This document shows positions 1 through 11,007 of a stretch of 64,000 bases of DNA, one piece after another; within the stretch, counting starts at the first letter, position 1; every line of letters begins with the position of its first letter. Under the pieces are notes generated by a model. That model did not search any database. It saw nothing but the letters and a program-made list of their open reading frames with translations, and was not told the DNA's origin. This DNA is from Cyanobacteria bacterium P01_F01_bin.150 (GTDB lineage Bacteria; Cyanobacteriota; Cyanobacteriia; CAKZMO01): positions 22,038 through 86,037 of the forward strand of contig JBCCYL010000019.1 of the NCBI GenBank assembly GCA_039189765.1, in the 5' to 3' direction. The position numbers were made by a program, and so were the translations under genes.

Positions 1-61
1 CAGGCAGATAGATAATATTCGATTATCCAATTTCACAGACATTAGTTATTCGGAGAAAACT

Positions 62-253
62 ATGACTTTTTTATCAATTATCAAGACCGTTTTCCATATC
101 TATTGTTCCAGCATTCTTTTTGGCAGCATATCGATGAAACCAGTATCCCCCCATACTGTGAAAAGCCCATTCAATCCTTCCCCCGTAATGATGGCAACGC
201 ATACCGATATGGCACCTACTGCACCACCAAAGGATCGGGGTTCAGGACGTTAG
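62..253 (+). CDS. patX: PatX/PatS-family RGSGR peptide (candidate HetR inhibitor)
   Basis: 63-aa ORF with a hydrophobic N-terminus, a Pro-rich linker and C-terminal ...APPKDRGSGR-stop (RGSGR at 236-250). It ends 57 bp before hetR. An internal ATG at 209 would give a 14-aa PatS-sized peptide. Confidence 0.8.
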   Translation: MTFLSIIKTVFHIYCSSILFGSISMKPVSPHTVKSPFNPSPVMMATHTDMAPTAPPKDRGSGR

Positions 254-304
254 AACCGCCCTATGCAATGTCTAGAAAACTCGTGAAAGTATGTTTAGAG
301 GTAA

Positions 305-1216
<912 letters not shown>

Positions 1217-1272
1217 TGGCTAACACTAGCTGATGTTCAGCCCTTAGCCCCTTCTACTCCGCTTGCTCGGCG

Positions 1273-2274
1273 TTAGAATTGCTTCAAAAATCGGAGGTCG
1301 CTATTGTACAACCGACGGATATCGTCAATTTGATGCAGCACCATGGCAAAACGCTCAACTCCAAAACCTGCGGCAAAACCCGTGTACACCTCTGGGTCGT
1401 ACCCCACATTTTGCAAAACATTGGGGTCCACCATGCCGCAGCCCAGCACCTCCAGCCAACGGCCACGCCAGCGCACATCGACTTCCGCAGACGGTTCGGT
1501 AAACGGGAAGAAGCTAGGACGGAAGCGGACCTCAATATCCCCAAACATCGCTTCCAAGAAGACCTTGATTGTGCCCCTCAAATCAGTGAAGGTCAATCCT
1601 TTATCCACCGCTAAAATCTCTATTTGATGAAAGACAGCTGAGTGGGTAGCATCTACCGTATCCCGACGATATACCCGGCCAGGAGCAGCAATTCTAATCG
1701 GAGGCTCATTATTTTCCATGTAGCGGATTTGCACAGAGGAGGTGTGGGTCCGCAATAAATTACCATCCGGTAAATAGAACGTATCCTGCATATCCCTTGC
1801 GGGGTGATCAGCGGGTGTATTCAGAGCCTCAAAATTGTAATAGTCGCTCTCCATCTGGGGACCCTGAGCGACCGTATAGCCCAGACCTGTAAAAACTTCT
1901 AGGGCACGCTCAATCGTACTCGTTAAGGGATGGATACGTCCTTGGGGCTTGTAAACACCAGGCATTGTGACATCCAGGGTCTCAGCCGCAAGTTGGGCCT
2001 GAATCTGAGCCTGTTCGAGGGCAGTGCGGGATGCTTCTAAAGCGGTTTGAAGGGCAGTCTTTACCTGATTGGCTAATGCTCCAATGACAGGCCGTTGCTG
2101 ATCGTCCAGCTTACCCATCCCCTTGAGGACAATCGATAGTTCTCCCTTTTTCCCAAGATATTTAATGCGGAGTTCTTCCAGCACATCCAGGGTATTGGCA
2201 GACGCGATCGCCGCTTGGGCATCTTTTTGGAGTACTTTGAGTTGTTGTTCGAGTTCGTTGGGCGAGCTGGTCAT
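1273..2274 (-). CDS. pheS: Phenylalanine--tRNA ligase alpha subunit
   Basis: [30 protein letters not shown] and [13 protein letters not shown] motifs; likely start is the ATG at 2274 (MTSSPNE). Confidence 0.97.
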   Translation of the reverse strand: MTSSPNELEQQLKVLQKDAQAAIASANTLDVLEELRIKYLGKKGELSIVLKGMGKLDDQQRPVIGALANQVKTALQTALEASRTALEQAQIQAQLAAETLDVTMPGVYKPQGRIHPLTSTIERALEVFTGLGYTVAQGPQMESDYYNFEALNTPADHPARDMQDTFYLPDGNLLRTHTSSVQIRYMENNEPPIRIAAPGRVYRRDTVDATHSAVFHQIEILAVDKGLTFTDLRGTIKVFLEAMFGDIEVRFRPSFFPFTEPSAEVDVRWRGRWLEVLGCGMVDPNVLQNVGYDPEVYTGFAAGFGVERFAMVLHQIDDIRRLYNSDLRFLKQF

Positions 2275-2374
2275 GCGGCTAGTTATATACAAATAGAAGA
2301 AGACGTAAAAAGTATAAACCCTGCTATTACAATATCGGACATAGCCATACCCAAGAAATAGAAAATAAACGCCA

Positions 2375-3208
2375 ATGAGACTTTTAGTTAGCAACGACGA
2401 TGGCATCTTCGCTCAAGGCATTAAGATTCTTGCCAATACTTTAGCGGCCGCTGGTCATGAAGTTGTTGTTGTTTGTCCCGATCGAGAACGCTCAGCGACA
2501 GGCCATGGGTTGACATTACATAAGCCCATTCGAGCCGAGGAAATCAATTCTGTATTTGATGCTGACGTGAAAGCATGGGCCTGCTCTGGAACGCCATCGG
2601 ACTGCGTAAAGCTAGCGTTAGGCGCTATCTTAGATACTCCCCCTGATTTGGTCCTATCAGGAATTAATCATGGTCCCAACTTAGGGACTGATGTGCTGTA
2701 TTCAGGGACAGTTTCAGCTGCAATGGAAGGCGTCATTGAAAATTTATCAGGCATTGCTTTTAGCTTAGCTAGCTTTTCTGCCAGTGAATTTAAGCCCGCT
2801 GCCAACTTTGCAAAATCTCTAGTAGCCTACATCGCTCAAAATCCCCTAAATGAGCCGACTTTGCTCAATGTCAATATTCCCCCCGTGCAGGAACATCAGA
2901 TTAAGGGAGTGAGTTTTACCCGGCAGGGAATTCGACGCTACGAAGATCTTTTTGAGAAGCGAGTCGACCCACGGGGAAAAACCTATTATTGGCTAGCGGG
3001 AGAAGTAGTAGAGGATGATGATGGGGATTTGGACCGTCTTCCAAAGTGGGGTTTAGACTTGCCTCACCTGGAATGGCTCCAAAAAATAAGTACAGACGTT
3101 CAAGCCATTCGCAATCATTATATATCCATCACGCCTTTACAATATAATCTTAGCAATGTAACAGGTTTGACTAACTTACAACATTGGAAGATACATTTTC
3201 CTGTATAG
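2375..3208 (+). CDS. surE: 5'/3'-nucleotidase SurE
   Basis: [15 protein letters not shown] and [22 protein letters not shown] motifs. Confidence 0.96.
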   Translation: MRLLVSNDDGIFAQGIKILANTLAAAGHEVVVVCPDRERSATGHGLTLHKPIRAEEINSVFDADVKAWACSGTPSDCVKLALGAILDTPPDLVLSGINHGPNLGTDVLYSGTVSAAMEGVIENLSGIAFSLASFSASEFKPAANFAKSLVAYIAQNPLNEPTLLNVNIPPVQEHQIKGVSFTRQGIRRYEDLFEKRVDPRGKTYYWLAGEVVEDDDGDLDRLPKWGLDLPHLEWLQKISTDVQAIRNHYISITPLQYNLSNVTGLTNLQHWKIHFPV

Positions 3209-3433
3209 AGGGTAGCATTACTGTAATTGCACTTTAGGGATGCAAGACATATACTGTCGGGCATGGCTATAGTAAGTAAAGCAAGATTTGCCTCAGCAGC
3301 ATGTCATTTAGTGAATTTATATATTTTTATTTGAGAAGTTGCTGGCAAAGATGGGTTCACTAGAGTTAATGTAGAGCACGTTCTACTAGAGGCCCAATAT
3401 CAGGTACTAGTTGGAGTCTGGCGAAAAACGCTC

Positions 3434-4294
3434 ATGGCAGAGAAGCTAAACCACCAATTCAAAGTCCGCTTTTGGGGCGTTCGTGGCAGCATTGCATGCC
3501 CCGGACCCAAGACTGTTCGTTATGGCGGTAATACTTCTTGTATTGAGATGCATGTGGCAGGGCAACGTATTATTTTTGATGCTGGCACAGGAATAAGAGA
3601 GCTGGGACAGTCTTTACTTAAAGATATGCCGCTGAAAGCTAGCATGTTCTTTACCCACTCTCATTGGGATCACATTCAAGGCTTTCCGTTTTTTGCTCCA
3701 GCCTTTGTTCCCGGTAACCAGTTTGATATCTACGGAATGATTGCGCCCAACGGTGCCACAATTGAACAGCGTCTCAACGCTCAGATGTTGCACCCTAATT
3801 TTCCAGTGCCACTCCAAATTATGGGTGCTAACCTAAATTTCTTCGATATTGATAAAGAAGAAACGGTCACCCTTGATAACGGCGTTCGTGTCGAAAACTC
3901 TCTACTTAATCATCCCGGTGAAGCCATCGGGTATCGAGTATGCTGGAATGGCCATGCAGCAGCCTATGTTTCAGACACCGAGCACTTTACAGATCGCCTT
4001 GATGAAAATGTTATTCGTCTCTCACAGGATGCAGATGTTCTAATCTATGATGCAACCTATACAAATGAGGAATATTACAGCGAGAAAAGTAGCAAAGTCG
4101 GTTGGGGGCACTCTACCTGGCAAGAGGCTGTGAAAGTCGCAAAGGCAGCCAATGCTAAGCGGCTTGTGCTATTTCATCACGATCCCGTTCATGATGATGA
4201 GTTTATGGACAATATCAAAGACCTGACAGCCGCCCAATTTCCAAATGGAATGGTGGCCTGGGAAGGGTTAGAGATAGACCTATTAGACTCCTAA
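3434..4294 (+). CDS. MBL-fold metallo-hydrolase (RNase Z/phosphodiesterase-like)
   Basis: FWGVRGS...YGGNTSC, THSHWDHIQG metal motif, GWGHST, LFHHDP. Confidence 0.9.
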   Translation: MAEKLNHQFKVRFWGVRGSIACPGPKTVRYGGNTSCIEMHVAGQRIIFDAGTGIRELGQSLLKDMPLKASMFFTHSHWDHIQGFPFFAPAFVPGNQFDIYGMIAPNGATIEQRLNAQMLHPNFPVPLQIMGANLNFFDIDKEETVTLDNGVRVENSLLNHPGEAIGYRVCWNGHAAAYVSDTEHFTDRLDENVIRLSQDADVLIYDATYTNEEYYSEKSSKVGWGHSTWQEAVKVAKAANAKRLVLFHHDPVHDDEFMDNIKDLTAAQFPNGMVAWEGLEIDLLDS

Positions 4295-4359
4295 ATGAGC
4301 TTTTTTATGTCAGAATGTGAGGCGTAATATGATGCTGTGGGATAGCAATGCTCTAAAGC

Positions 4360-5292
4360 ATGGGAAATCAATCGCCAACTATTATTGCGCTGGGTAATTT
4401 TGATGGAATTCATCGTGGGCATCGTCAGGTAATTGACTCCATTTTGACGCAGTTTAAGGAATCTATCCAATCGAGTGCCAGGGTTGTCGTCTCGTTTGAA
4501 CCCCATCCCCAAGAATTTTTTACAGGTATTCATCGCCCTTTGTTGACCCCATTGTCAGAGAAGCAGGATTATTTACGCTTGCTTGGGGTGGATGAATTGA
4601 GATTATTACCCTTTGATGCGGCTATGGCTCGACTGACCCCTAGAGAGTTTGTGGAATCTGTCCTAATTAAAGATTTAAATGTTCGGTCTATTAGTGTAGG
4701 TCAAAATTTTCGTTTTGGTCACCGCCGAGCAGGTAATACAGAAGATCTAAAAGCGATCGCCGCTGAACACGATATTCCAGTCTATATTGCACCACTGTAT
4801 CGCTGTGGTAGCGAACGAGTGAGTAGTTCTGCTATCCGAAACGCATTAGACAAAGGGGATGTGAGTGCAGCCAAACGTCTTTTAGGTCGGCCTTATAGAC
4901 TAATCGGGTCTGTGGTCAAAGGACAACAGTTGGGACGAACGCTCGGCTTTCCTACAGCCAACCTACACTTGCCCGATGATAAATTGAGGCCCAAGTATGG
5001 CGTATACGCCGTAAATGTGTTTATTCACGCCAATAATGGGTTTACCATGCCACAGGCATCTGACCTGAAGCCATTGCCTGGAGTTATGAATATTGGTAAT
5101 CGCCCCACTGTCGATGGATTCCAACAAACGACAGAAGTGCATCTATTGGATTGGCAAGGCGATCTATATGGCAAGACAGTCACTGTTGAACTACTGTCCT
5201 TTTTAAGACCAGAACAACGATTTGATTCACTGGATGCTCTGAAAACACAAATTAGTCATGATTGTGAACAAGCGAGGTTGCTAAAGTTGTAA
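4360..5292 (+). CDS. ribF: Bifunctional riboflavin kinase/FAD synthetase
   Basis: ALGNFDGIHRGH, VSSSAIR, GRTLGFPTAN and NIGNRPTV motifs. Confidence 0.95.
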   Translation: MGNQSPTIIALGNFDGIHRGHRQVIDSILTQFKESIQSSARVVVSFEPHPQEFFTGIHRPLLTPLSEKQDYLRLLGVDELRLLPFDAAMARLTPREFVESVLIKDLNVRSISVGQNFRFGHRRAGNTEDLKAIAAEHDIPVYIAPLYRCGSERVSSSAIRNALDKGDVSAAKRLLGRPYRLIGSVVKGQQLGRTLGFPTANLHLPDDKLRPKYGVYAVNVFIHANNGFTMPQASDLKPLPGVMNIGNRPTVDGFQQTTEVHLLDWQGDLYGKTVTVELLSFLRPEQRFDSLDALKTQISHDCEQARLLKL

Positions 5293-6272
5293 TGTCGGCA
5301 CTTATTGTCATTTGTGGTCCCACTGCTACCGGGAAATCAGGGCTGGCGATCGCCATTGCCCAGCGAATTCGCGAGCAGGCCACTGAGCTGAAAACGTCGC
5401 ATTCCAAGGCTAACTGGGGAAACTACACGGATGCGGTTATTCTTAGTGCAGACTCCCGCCAGATTTATCGAAAGTTTGATATTGGCACAGCCAAACCATC
5501 AGCCGCTGAACAGGCCCAGGTCCCCCATTACCTAATTGATATTTGCGATCCAACGGTGACGTTAACCTTAGCCAATTATCAGGACCAAGCCCAAGCGTTG
5601 ATTCAGAAATTTCATCATCCGACCGAGCAAATATCCTTATCAATGCCCCTATTGGTGGGTGGAACCGGACTGTATATCAAATCGATTATTCGCGGACTTA
5701 AAATTCCTCGAGTAGCTCCCCAAGCAGAGTTGCGATCGCAGCTCACAGCCCTGGGACAACCCTATGCCTATGCCCTTCTACAGCAAGTGGACGCGATCGC
5801 AGCTCAAATAATCCATCCCAATGATCAAGTGCGTACATTGAGAGCGCTAGAAGTGTTTTACGTGACAGGAAAACCAATTACAGATCAACAAGGAGAGAAT
5901 CCACCTCATTATCCAGTTTTGCAAATTGGCCTAGACTGCGCCACTCTGAGTGACTTAGAGAGACGCATTGCCCATCGTGTTGAGCAAATGGTGGAAAAGG
6001 GATTTGTCCAAGAAGTCGAGATTCTCTGCCAAATCTATGGAGCAGACTTACCGTTGATGAAGACATTGGGCTACCAGGAATTTGCCCAGTTTTTGGCTGG
6101 CGATGTCTCATTACTGGACGCCAAGCACCTCACCGTACGCCACACTCGCCAGTTTGCCAAACGTCAGCGCACTTGGTTCCGCGCTGATTCCACTATTAAC
6201 TGGTTTGATTCAGATGCACTGGATATTGTCGATCAAGTTTGGGAAAAAGTTCGAGATTTTTATGTGAAATAG
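5292..6272 (+). CDS. miaA: tRNA dimethylallyltransferase
   Basis: GPTATGKS P-loop, SADSRQIY, DIGTAKP, VGGTGLY and TRQFAKRQRTWF; 1-nt overlap with the ribF stop. Confidence 0.96.
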   Translation: MSALIVICGPTATGKSGLAIAIAQRIREQATELKTSHSKANWGNYTDAVILSADSRQIYRKFDIGTAKPSAAEQAQVPHYLIDICDPTVTLTLANYQDQAQALIQKFHHPTEQISLSMPLLVGGTGLYIKSIIRGLKIPRVAPQAELRSQLTALGQPYAYALLQQVDAIAAQIIHPNDQVRTLRALEVFYVTGKPITDQQGENPPHYPVLQIGLDCATLSDLERRIAHRVEQMVEKGFVQEVEILCQIYGADLPLMKTLGYQEFAQFLAGDVSLLDAKHLTVRHTRQFAKRQRTWFRADSTINWFDSDALDIVDQVWEKVRDFYVK

Positions 6273-6284
6273 GTCAACCAAAAA

Positions 6285-6309
6285 CCCTGATTTTTCCAAA
6301 AAATCAGGG
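6285..6309. terminator. Hairpin after miaA, between convergent genes
   Basis: CCCTGATTTT ... AAAATCAGGG inverted repeat starting 12 bp after the miaA stop. Confidence 0.55.
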
Positions 6310-6351
6310 CTTCAACTCTAGCCGATGTCAAGATATGGTCGCATTGGTTAG

Positions 6352-6392
6352 GACGTGTTTGTGGAGGCACGACGCGCACTCACAAACACGTC
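6352..6392. repeat. Palindromic REP-like hairpin (family B)
   Basis: GACGTGTTTGTG-N17-CACAAACACGTC; similar hairpins at 36507-36543 and 44165-44199. Confidence 0.6.
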
Positions 6393-6408
6393 TCCGGCTA
6401 GAAGAAGC

Positions 6409-9400
6409 TTAAAACCGGAAATTAGACTCATTAAGATCATTTACATCTACAGACTCTAGCCTGGCAATGGTCTTAAATCTCTGTCCAGTCCAGCCTTTAA
6501 CGATGGCATCATCCCCTCGTTGAATAAAGTTCAAGTTCTCCATTGATCCGATGGTCTGAATTCTCCGTAAATCAATAACGTCCTTAATCAGTTCAAAGTC
6601 AGTAATCACATCGCGAAATTCATTGGTGGAACGATATCGGAACGTGTCTTGACCTTGTCCCCCCGTCATCGTGTCTCGACCTCTGCCGCCAATAATCAGG
6701 TCATCCCCCGCACCACCATTGATGGTATCCCTGCTCTGCTGACCGTAGAGCCGATCATCTCCGTCACTGCCAATGATGACATCCCTGCCTCGACCACCAA
6801 ATATACGGTCATCCCCATCACCACCATTGAGGTTGTCATTGCCAGAATTACCTCTAATTAGGTCGTTGCCACTACCACCATTAACCAGGTCATTTCCCTT
6901 TCCGCCAAAGAGACGGTCATCATTGGTACCGCCATTGATCACATCATTGCCCTCTGCCCCCCTAATCTCATCCTTCTGGCTACCACCATTTAGAACATCA
7001 TTAGAACTGTCACCCAAAATAGCGTCAGGGTCGCTTAAACTCCTAATGGAACGAATTTGTTCCGGTGCAACAAGGGTAAAATTCGTGCGGATGGTCGCTG
7101 GATTGGAGATTAAGCCATCGTTGTCAGCCACAGTGTATTGGACCGCAGTGGGATTACCTTGAAAACCAGCTTCAGAGGTAAAAGTAATTAATCCAGTGGA
7201 AAGGTCAATATCCCACGTTCCCTCCCCAGGCACCGTCAGGGTCTTGCCGTCAGGCGTTAGGCTAGAGCCTTGGGGCACATTTACAAAAACGACGGTTGTG
7301 GGGTCTAGTGAACCATCCACATCCACATCATTGGTTAAGGGATCAATACTGCCTTGGCTGACATTTGTCACCGTTAGGACATCATCACTGGCCGTCGGTG
7401 CAACTAACTGACCAGGAGTGAAGTAATTGATGCGAACGGTTGCTGCATTAGAAATAGCTCCTGTATTGTCCCGAACCGTATAGCCCACAGCCGTGGGATT
7501 GCCAGTAAATCCTGGAACAGGAGTAAAGGTGATTTCGCCTGTGGTTGAGTTAACGGTCCACGTTCCTTGACCAGGTACTGTTAGGCTCTTGCCATCAGAA
7601 GACACCGTGCTACCAGCCGGAGGATTGGTTAAAACCACGGTGGTTGGGTCTAAGCCACCATCATCTGTATCATTCAGCAATGGATTAATGGTAACTGGGG
7701 TACCCGCAGGAGCCGTGGTTGTATCATCACCTGCGGTGGGAGGGATGATCGTTGCTTCATAGTCAATACTCACCGTGGCTGCACCAGATGTTGCCCCCTC
7801 CGTATCTTGAACGGTATAGGAAATGGGAGTGGGATCGCTGGTAAAGCCAGGAAAAGGAGTAAAAGTAATTGCGCCTGTGGTGGGGTTGACGCCCCAAATT
7901 CCTTGGTTAGGGACCGTCAAGCTCTTACCATCGGCAGACACTGTGCTGCCCGCAGGGGGATTGGTCAAAACAACGGTTGTGGGGTCTAAGCCAACATCAT
8001 CTGTATCGTTTAGCAACGGGTTAATAGTGACTGGGGTACCCACAGGAGCCGTGGTTGTATCATTGGTGGCAACAGGCGGTACGATAGCCCGATCAAGACT
8101 CCGGTAGTCGGCATCAAGAGCATTTGCATCGTTATTTTTAAGAACAGTGATTGGGGTATCAACAATACCATCAGGGTCCACATAGGACGCTCCAACCCCA
8201 TCGTCAATTCCATCCTTATTGCTATCCTGATTCTGAAGTGTTAAGCCGGATTCAGCAATATCATTGAGGCCATCATTATCTGAATCGAGATCCAGGTAGT
8301 CTGGCTGATCAATTCCATCAGTATTTTCGGGCGGAACAAACTGTCCCCCAAAGATCGACCCAGCCGAGTCAAAGGCATCCAGGACACCATCCTGATCTAA
8401 GTCTGAATTTGCTGTGCCATTGCTGGTGTATCCCGCAGTGGGCTGAGCCTCAATTACATCCGGAATGCCATCATTATCAGCATCCAGATCGAGATAGTTT
8501 GGAATACCGTCCGCATCAAAGTCCGGAGCAATAGTGATAGTATTTGCCCCATCGACGGCATCTGCTAAGCCGTCTCCATCCAGATCACTGGGGTTAGGAG
8601 TCGTGGAAATCCCATTGGCGATATCATCGCGAATACCGTCATTGTTTTGGTCAATTAACGCGGCATTCTGACCGCTTTCAACCAAGTCACTAATGCCATC
8701 ATTATCTGAATCGAGGTCTACACGGTTGGGAATCCCATCACCATCCGTATCAATAGACGTTTGCAGCGTGTTATTTCCGAAAATAAAGACTTTTCCGTCT
8801 GCAGCATCTGATCCATTCTGCTCAGGAATGACGCGAATAGACGAAATTGCCGACCCCACTGGAGCCAAATCATCAAGGGGGTAAACCGCAATCCCCAGTT
8901 CTTGAGTCCGGAGATTATTTCTACTATCACGATACTCAACATTAACGCCTGTTTTAATGTAGTCGCCAGTAGGAACGCTAATGGCAGCGGCAAGGGGATT
9001 GCCGTTCGCATCAAATGCCTGAAGCTGGACCGCATTGTTGGAGTTGCGCTCGGTAAAGGCAACAAACATACCACTGGTTGCAATGACGGGAATGTCATAC
9101 CCTAACTCAAAGAAGTCAGAGCCTGAAACTCCTGTGTCAATACCTTGATAATAGTTCAAGTCTCGGCTGGCAAAGGGCGCAATGGCATCTGCATTCCAGT
9201 TGGCAGAAGAGCCAAAGTCAGTTTCTTGGTCGCCGTTATTGATCACATAAATGCCGCTAGCATTTGCAGCTGAAATAGTTGTAAAGCCAGACTGATAGGA
9301 ACTAGGGGTGGTTAACTCGGTGTAAGTGATGCCTTCAACGGAGATTGAATTTAGAACAGTTCCAGTCACCCCAAAGTCGACGACTGCATCCGCATAAGCG

Positions 9401-10074
9401 CCGTCCTGGCCGCTATCGGTGGGTGCCGGTCCCTCTAGTTCATCTGGGATCCCATCATTGTCATCGTCTAAATCAACATCATCGTCGATCCCGTCGCCAT
9501 CTGTATCCACTAAAACGCCAGCATAGGTGGCCAAAATCTCTTCTGAGAAAGGCACTAGATCGTTACCAATGGCCAAAGCCTGACCGTCATTGTTTGGAGC
9601 AGAGTAGGCGATCGCATTAAGCTCCCAGCTACCCCCAAGGTCTGCATTGCCGACTTTCGAGGTAGAACCATAAATAGCAGCACCGGTAAGCTGATGGAGT
9701 TTCGATAAAAGTTCTTCTCCTGCATCCCCAGCCGCTGCATTACAAGCATAGAGATATAGATGGGAGGTTGAAGCTCTATGGCTAAACCAAGATTGAATTT
9801 GCGGCCCATACTGTTCCAAGTGACTAAGACTTAGCTGAGTATTTCCCAGGGATACCCAGCCTGGTGAACCGTGGGCCACAATATGTAGGTCTAAGGACTG
9901 AGCATATCCTTCATACCCTGCCAATACCTCGGTAATTTGTTGAATGCCATCCTGATGTGGCTTAAGAATATGAACTTGTACATGGGGTAAGACATTGACC
10001 TCAAGCTGCTCATAATTTTCAACGGATGCATCAATAAATACAATAGAGGTTGTCAGATCTGTGGAGTTCAACAT
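6409..10074 (-). CDS. Large Ca-binding RTX-type surface/adhesin protein (DUF4347-like N-terminus, DxDxDG repeats, three Ig/CshA-like repeats, C-terminal nonapeptide repeats)
   Basis: N-terminal IVFIDASV...LHIVAHGSPG; many D-x-D-x-D-G-I-P-D units; three ~110-aa units (PVTINPLLND...GTW...TGEITFTP...YTV); GGxGxD repeats and C-terminal DTF..DVITDF..DVIDL. No signal peptide, which suggests type I secretion. Confidence 0.85.
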   Translation of the reverse strand: MLNSTDLTTSIVFIDASVENYEQLEVNVLPHVQVHILKPHQDGIQQITEVLAGYEGYAQSLDLHIVAHGSPGWVSLGNTQLSLSHLEQYGPQIQSWFSHRASTSHLYLYACNAAAGDAGEELLSKLHQLTGAAIYGSTSKVGNADLGGSWELNAIAYSAPNNDGQALAIGNDLVPFSEEILATYAGVLVDTDGDGIDDDVDLDDDNDGIPDELEGPAPTDSGQDGAYADAVVDFGVTGTVLNSISVEGITYTELTTPSSYQSGFTTISAANASGIYVINNGDQETDFGSSANWNADAIAPFASRDLNYYQGIDTGVSGSDFFELGYDIPVIATSGMFVAFTERNSNNAVQLQAFDANGNPLAAAISVPTGDYIKTGVNVEYRDSRNNLRTQELGIAVYPLDDLAPVGSAISSIRVIPEQNGSDAADGKVFIFGNNTLQTSIDTDGDGIPNRVDLDSDNDGISDLVESGQNAALIDQNNDGIRDDIANGISTTPNPSDLDGDGLADAVDGANTITIAPDFDADGIPNYLDLDADNDGIPDVIEAQPTAGYTSNGTANSDLDQDGVLDAFDSAGSIFGGQFVPPENTDGIDQPDYLDLDSDNDGLNDIAESGLTLQNQDSNKDGIDDGVGASYVDPDGIVDTPITVLKNNDANALDADYRSLDRAIVPPVATNDTTTAPVGTPVTINPLLNDTDDVGLDPTTVVLTNPPAGSTVSADGKSLTVPNQGIWGVNPTTGAITFTPFPGFTSDPTPISYTVQDTEGATSGAATVSIDYEATIIPPTAGDDTTTAPAGTPVTINPLLNDTDDGGLDPTTVVLTNPPAGSTVSSDGKSLTVPGQGTWTVNSTTGEITFTPVPGFTGNPTAVGYTVRDNTGAISNAATVRINYFTPGQLVAPTASDDVLTVTNVSQGSIDPLTNDVDVDGSLDPTTVVFVNVPQGSSLTPDGKTLTVPGEGTWDIDLSTGLITFTSEAGFQGNPTAVQYTVADNDGLISNPATIRTNFTLVAPEQIRSIRSLSDPDAILGDSSNDVLNGGSQKDEIRGAEGNDVINGGTNDDRLFGGKGNDLVNGGSGNDLIRGNSGNDNLNGGDGDDRIFGGRGRDVIIGSDGDDRLYGQQSRDTINGGAGDDLIIGGRGRDTMTGGQGQDTFRYRSTNEFRDVITDFELIKDVIDLRRIQTIGSMENLNFIQRGDDAIVKGWTGQRFKTIARLESVDVNDLNESNFRF

Positions 10075-10451
10075 GAACAATACTTCCTTACTTATAATAT
10101 ATCGGTATCAAATATGAACAGGGATATAGTCCTACGCTGAGTGGCTAAATTTAGAATGGCGATCGCGCTAATTCTGAGCGCATGAGAAGACCTCAGGGTT
10201 ATCACCATGTAGTGATTTCTAGCAATCAATAGCCAATCAGCACTTTTACTGTGAAAAATAATGATAGTTAGGTAAAATTCGTGTTAACTTGCACCCCTAC
10301 ACAGCCGATAATACTGAAAAACACGGATGAATTCACGTGCAAAAAGATACCTTTACTGTTTATTGATACTGAGAATGATTCAGTTCATCTTGCGTTCACA
10401 TCACCTCATTGAAAGTACCTAAAGGCACTCCGCATCAATGACTGAATATGA

Positions 10452-10526
10452 GGGATTAACTCTAGGCTCGTATGGGCAGGACGCTCTCACGCAACTGTTA
10501 ATTCTGTTTCGGATGCAAACGAAGCT
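10452..10526 (+). repeat. ~80-bp dispersed element (family A), degenerate copy
   Basis: GGGATTAACTCTAGG...CTGTTAATTCTGTTTCGGATGCAAACGAAGC aligns by eye with the 14461 and 56701 copies. Confidence 0.6.
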
Positions 10527-10722
10527 CCAAAATAAGCACCATACGTAAAAGCGATCGCCTCTACTGCATTGGGGCGATCGCTAGACTTAAAAAATTGACT
10601 GTTTCCACGATTTAAGAATTAAGATCTCATAAGGAAATCGTAGAAAATTCTTGAAATCCATTCTAAAATCTAGACTATAAACTTATGCTCTTAATATAAG
10701 ATACGTCCAAAAAGGAGAAGAT

Positions 10723-10890
10723 ATGGCTCAGGTTACTGTCAATCAAGAGGAAAGCATAGAGGCTGCGTTGCGCCGTTTCAAGCGACAGGTTTCAAAGGCT
10801 GGAATTTTTTCTGACCTCAAGCGTACAAGACATTATGAAACGCCTGCTGAAAAGCGCAAGCGTAAAGCAACAAGCCGCCGAAGACGGTAA
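10723..10890 (+). CDS. rpsU: 30S ribosomal protein S21 (55 aa; absent from the ORF track)
   Basis: Translated by hand: [64 protein letters not shown] at 10712-10717. Confidence 0.95.
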   Translation: MAQVTVNQEESIEAALRRFKRQVSKAGIFSDLKRTRHYETPAEKRKRKATSRRRR

Positions 10891-11007
10891 GGTTCTTTTT
10901 TTGCTTGCCTAATCTGTACTTAGCCATAATTTGTGTTTCATATCGATCGTTAATTCGGCGAATCGTCTTAGTCGAGTGGTGGGAGGGCTTTGCTCTCCTA
11001 CCGTTCT

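Noticed and set aside
143..156. GTA-N8-TAC (NtcA-like site) upstream of hetR
   Set aside because: It lies inside the patX-like ORF, has no -10 box at the usual ~22-nt spacing, and a 6-bp match is common by chance.
2275..2406. N-terminal extension of pheS in the ORF track
   Set aside because: It overlaps the surE start and the divergent promoter region; the ATG at 2274 gives a normal-length PheS.
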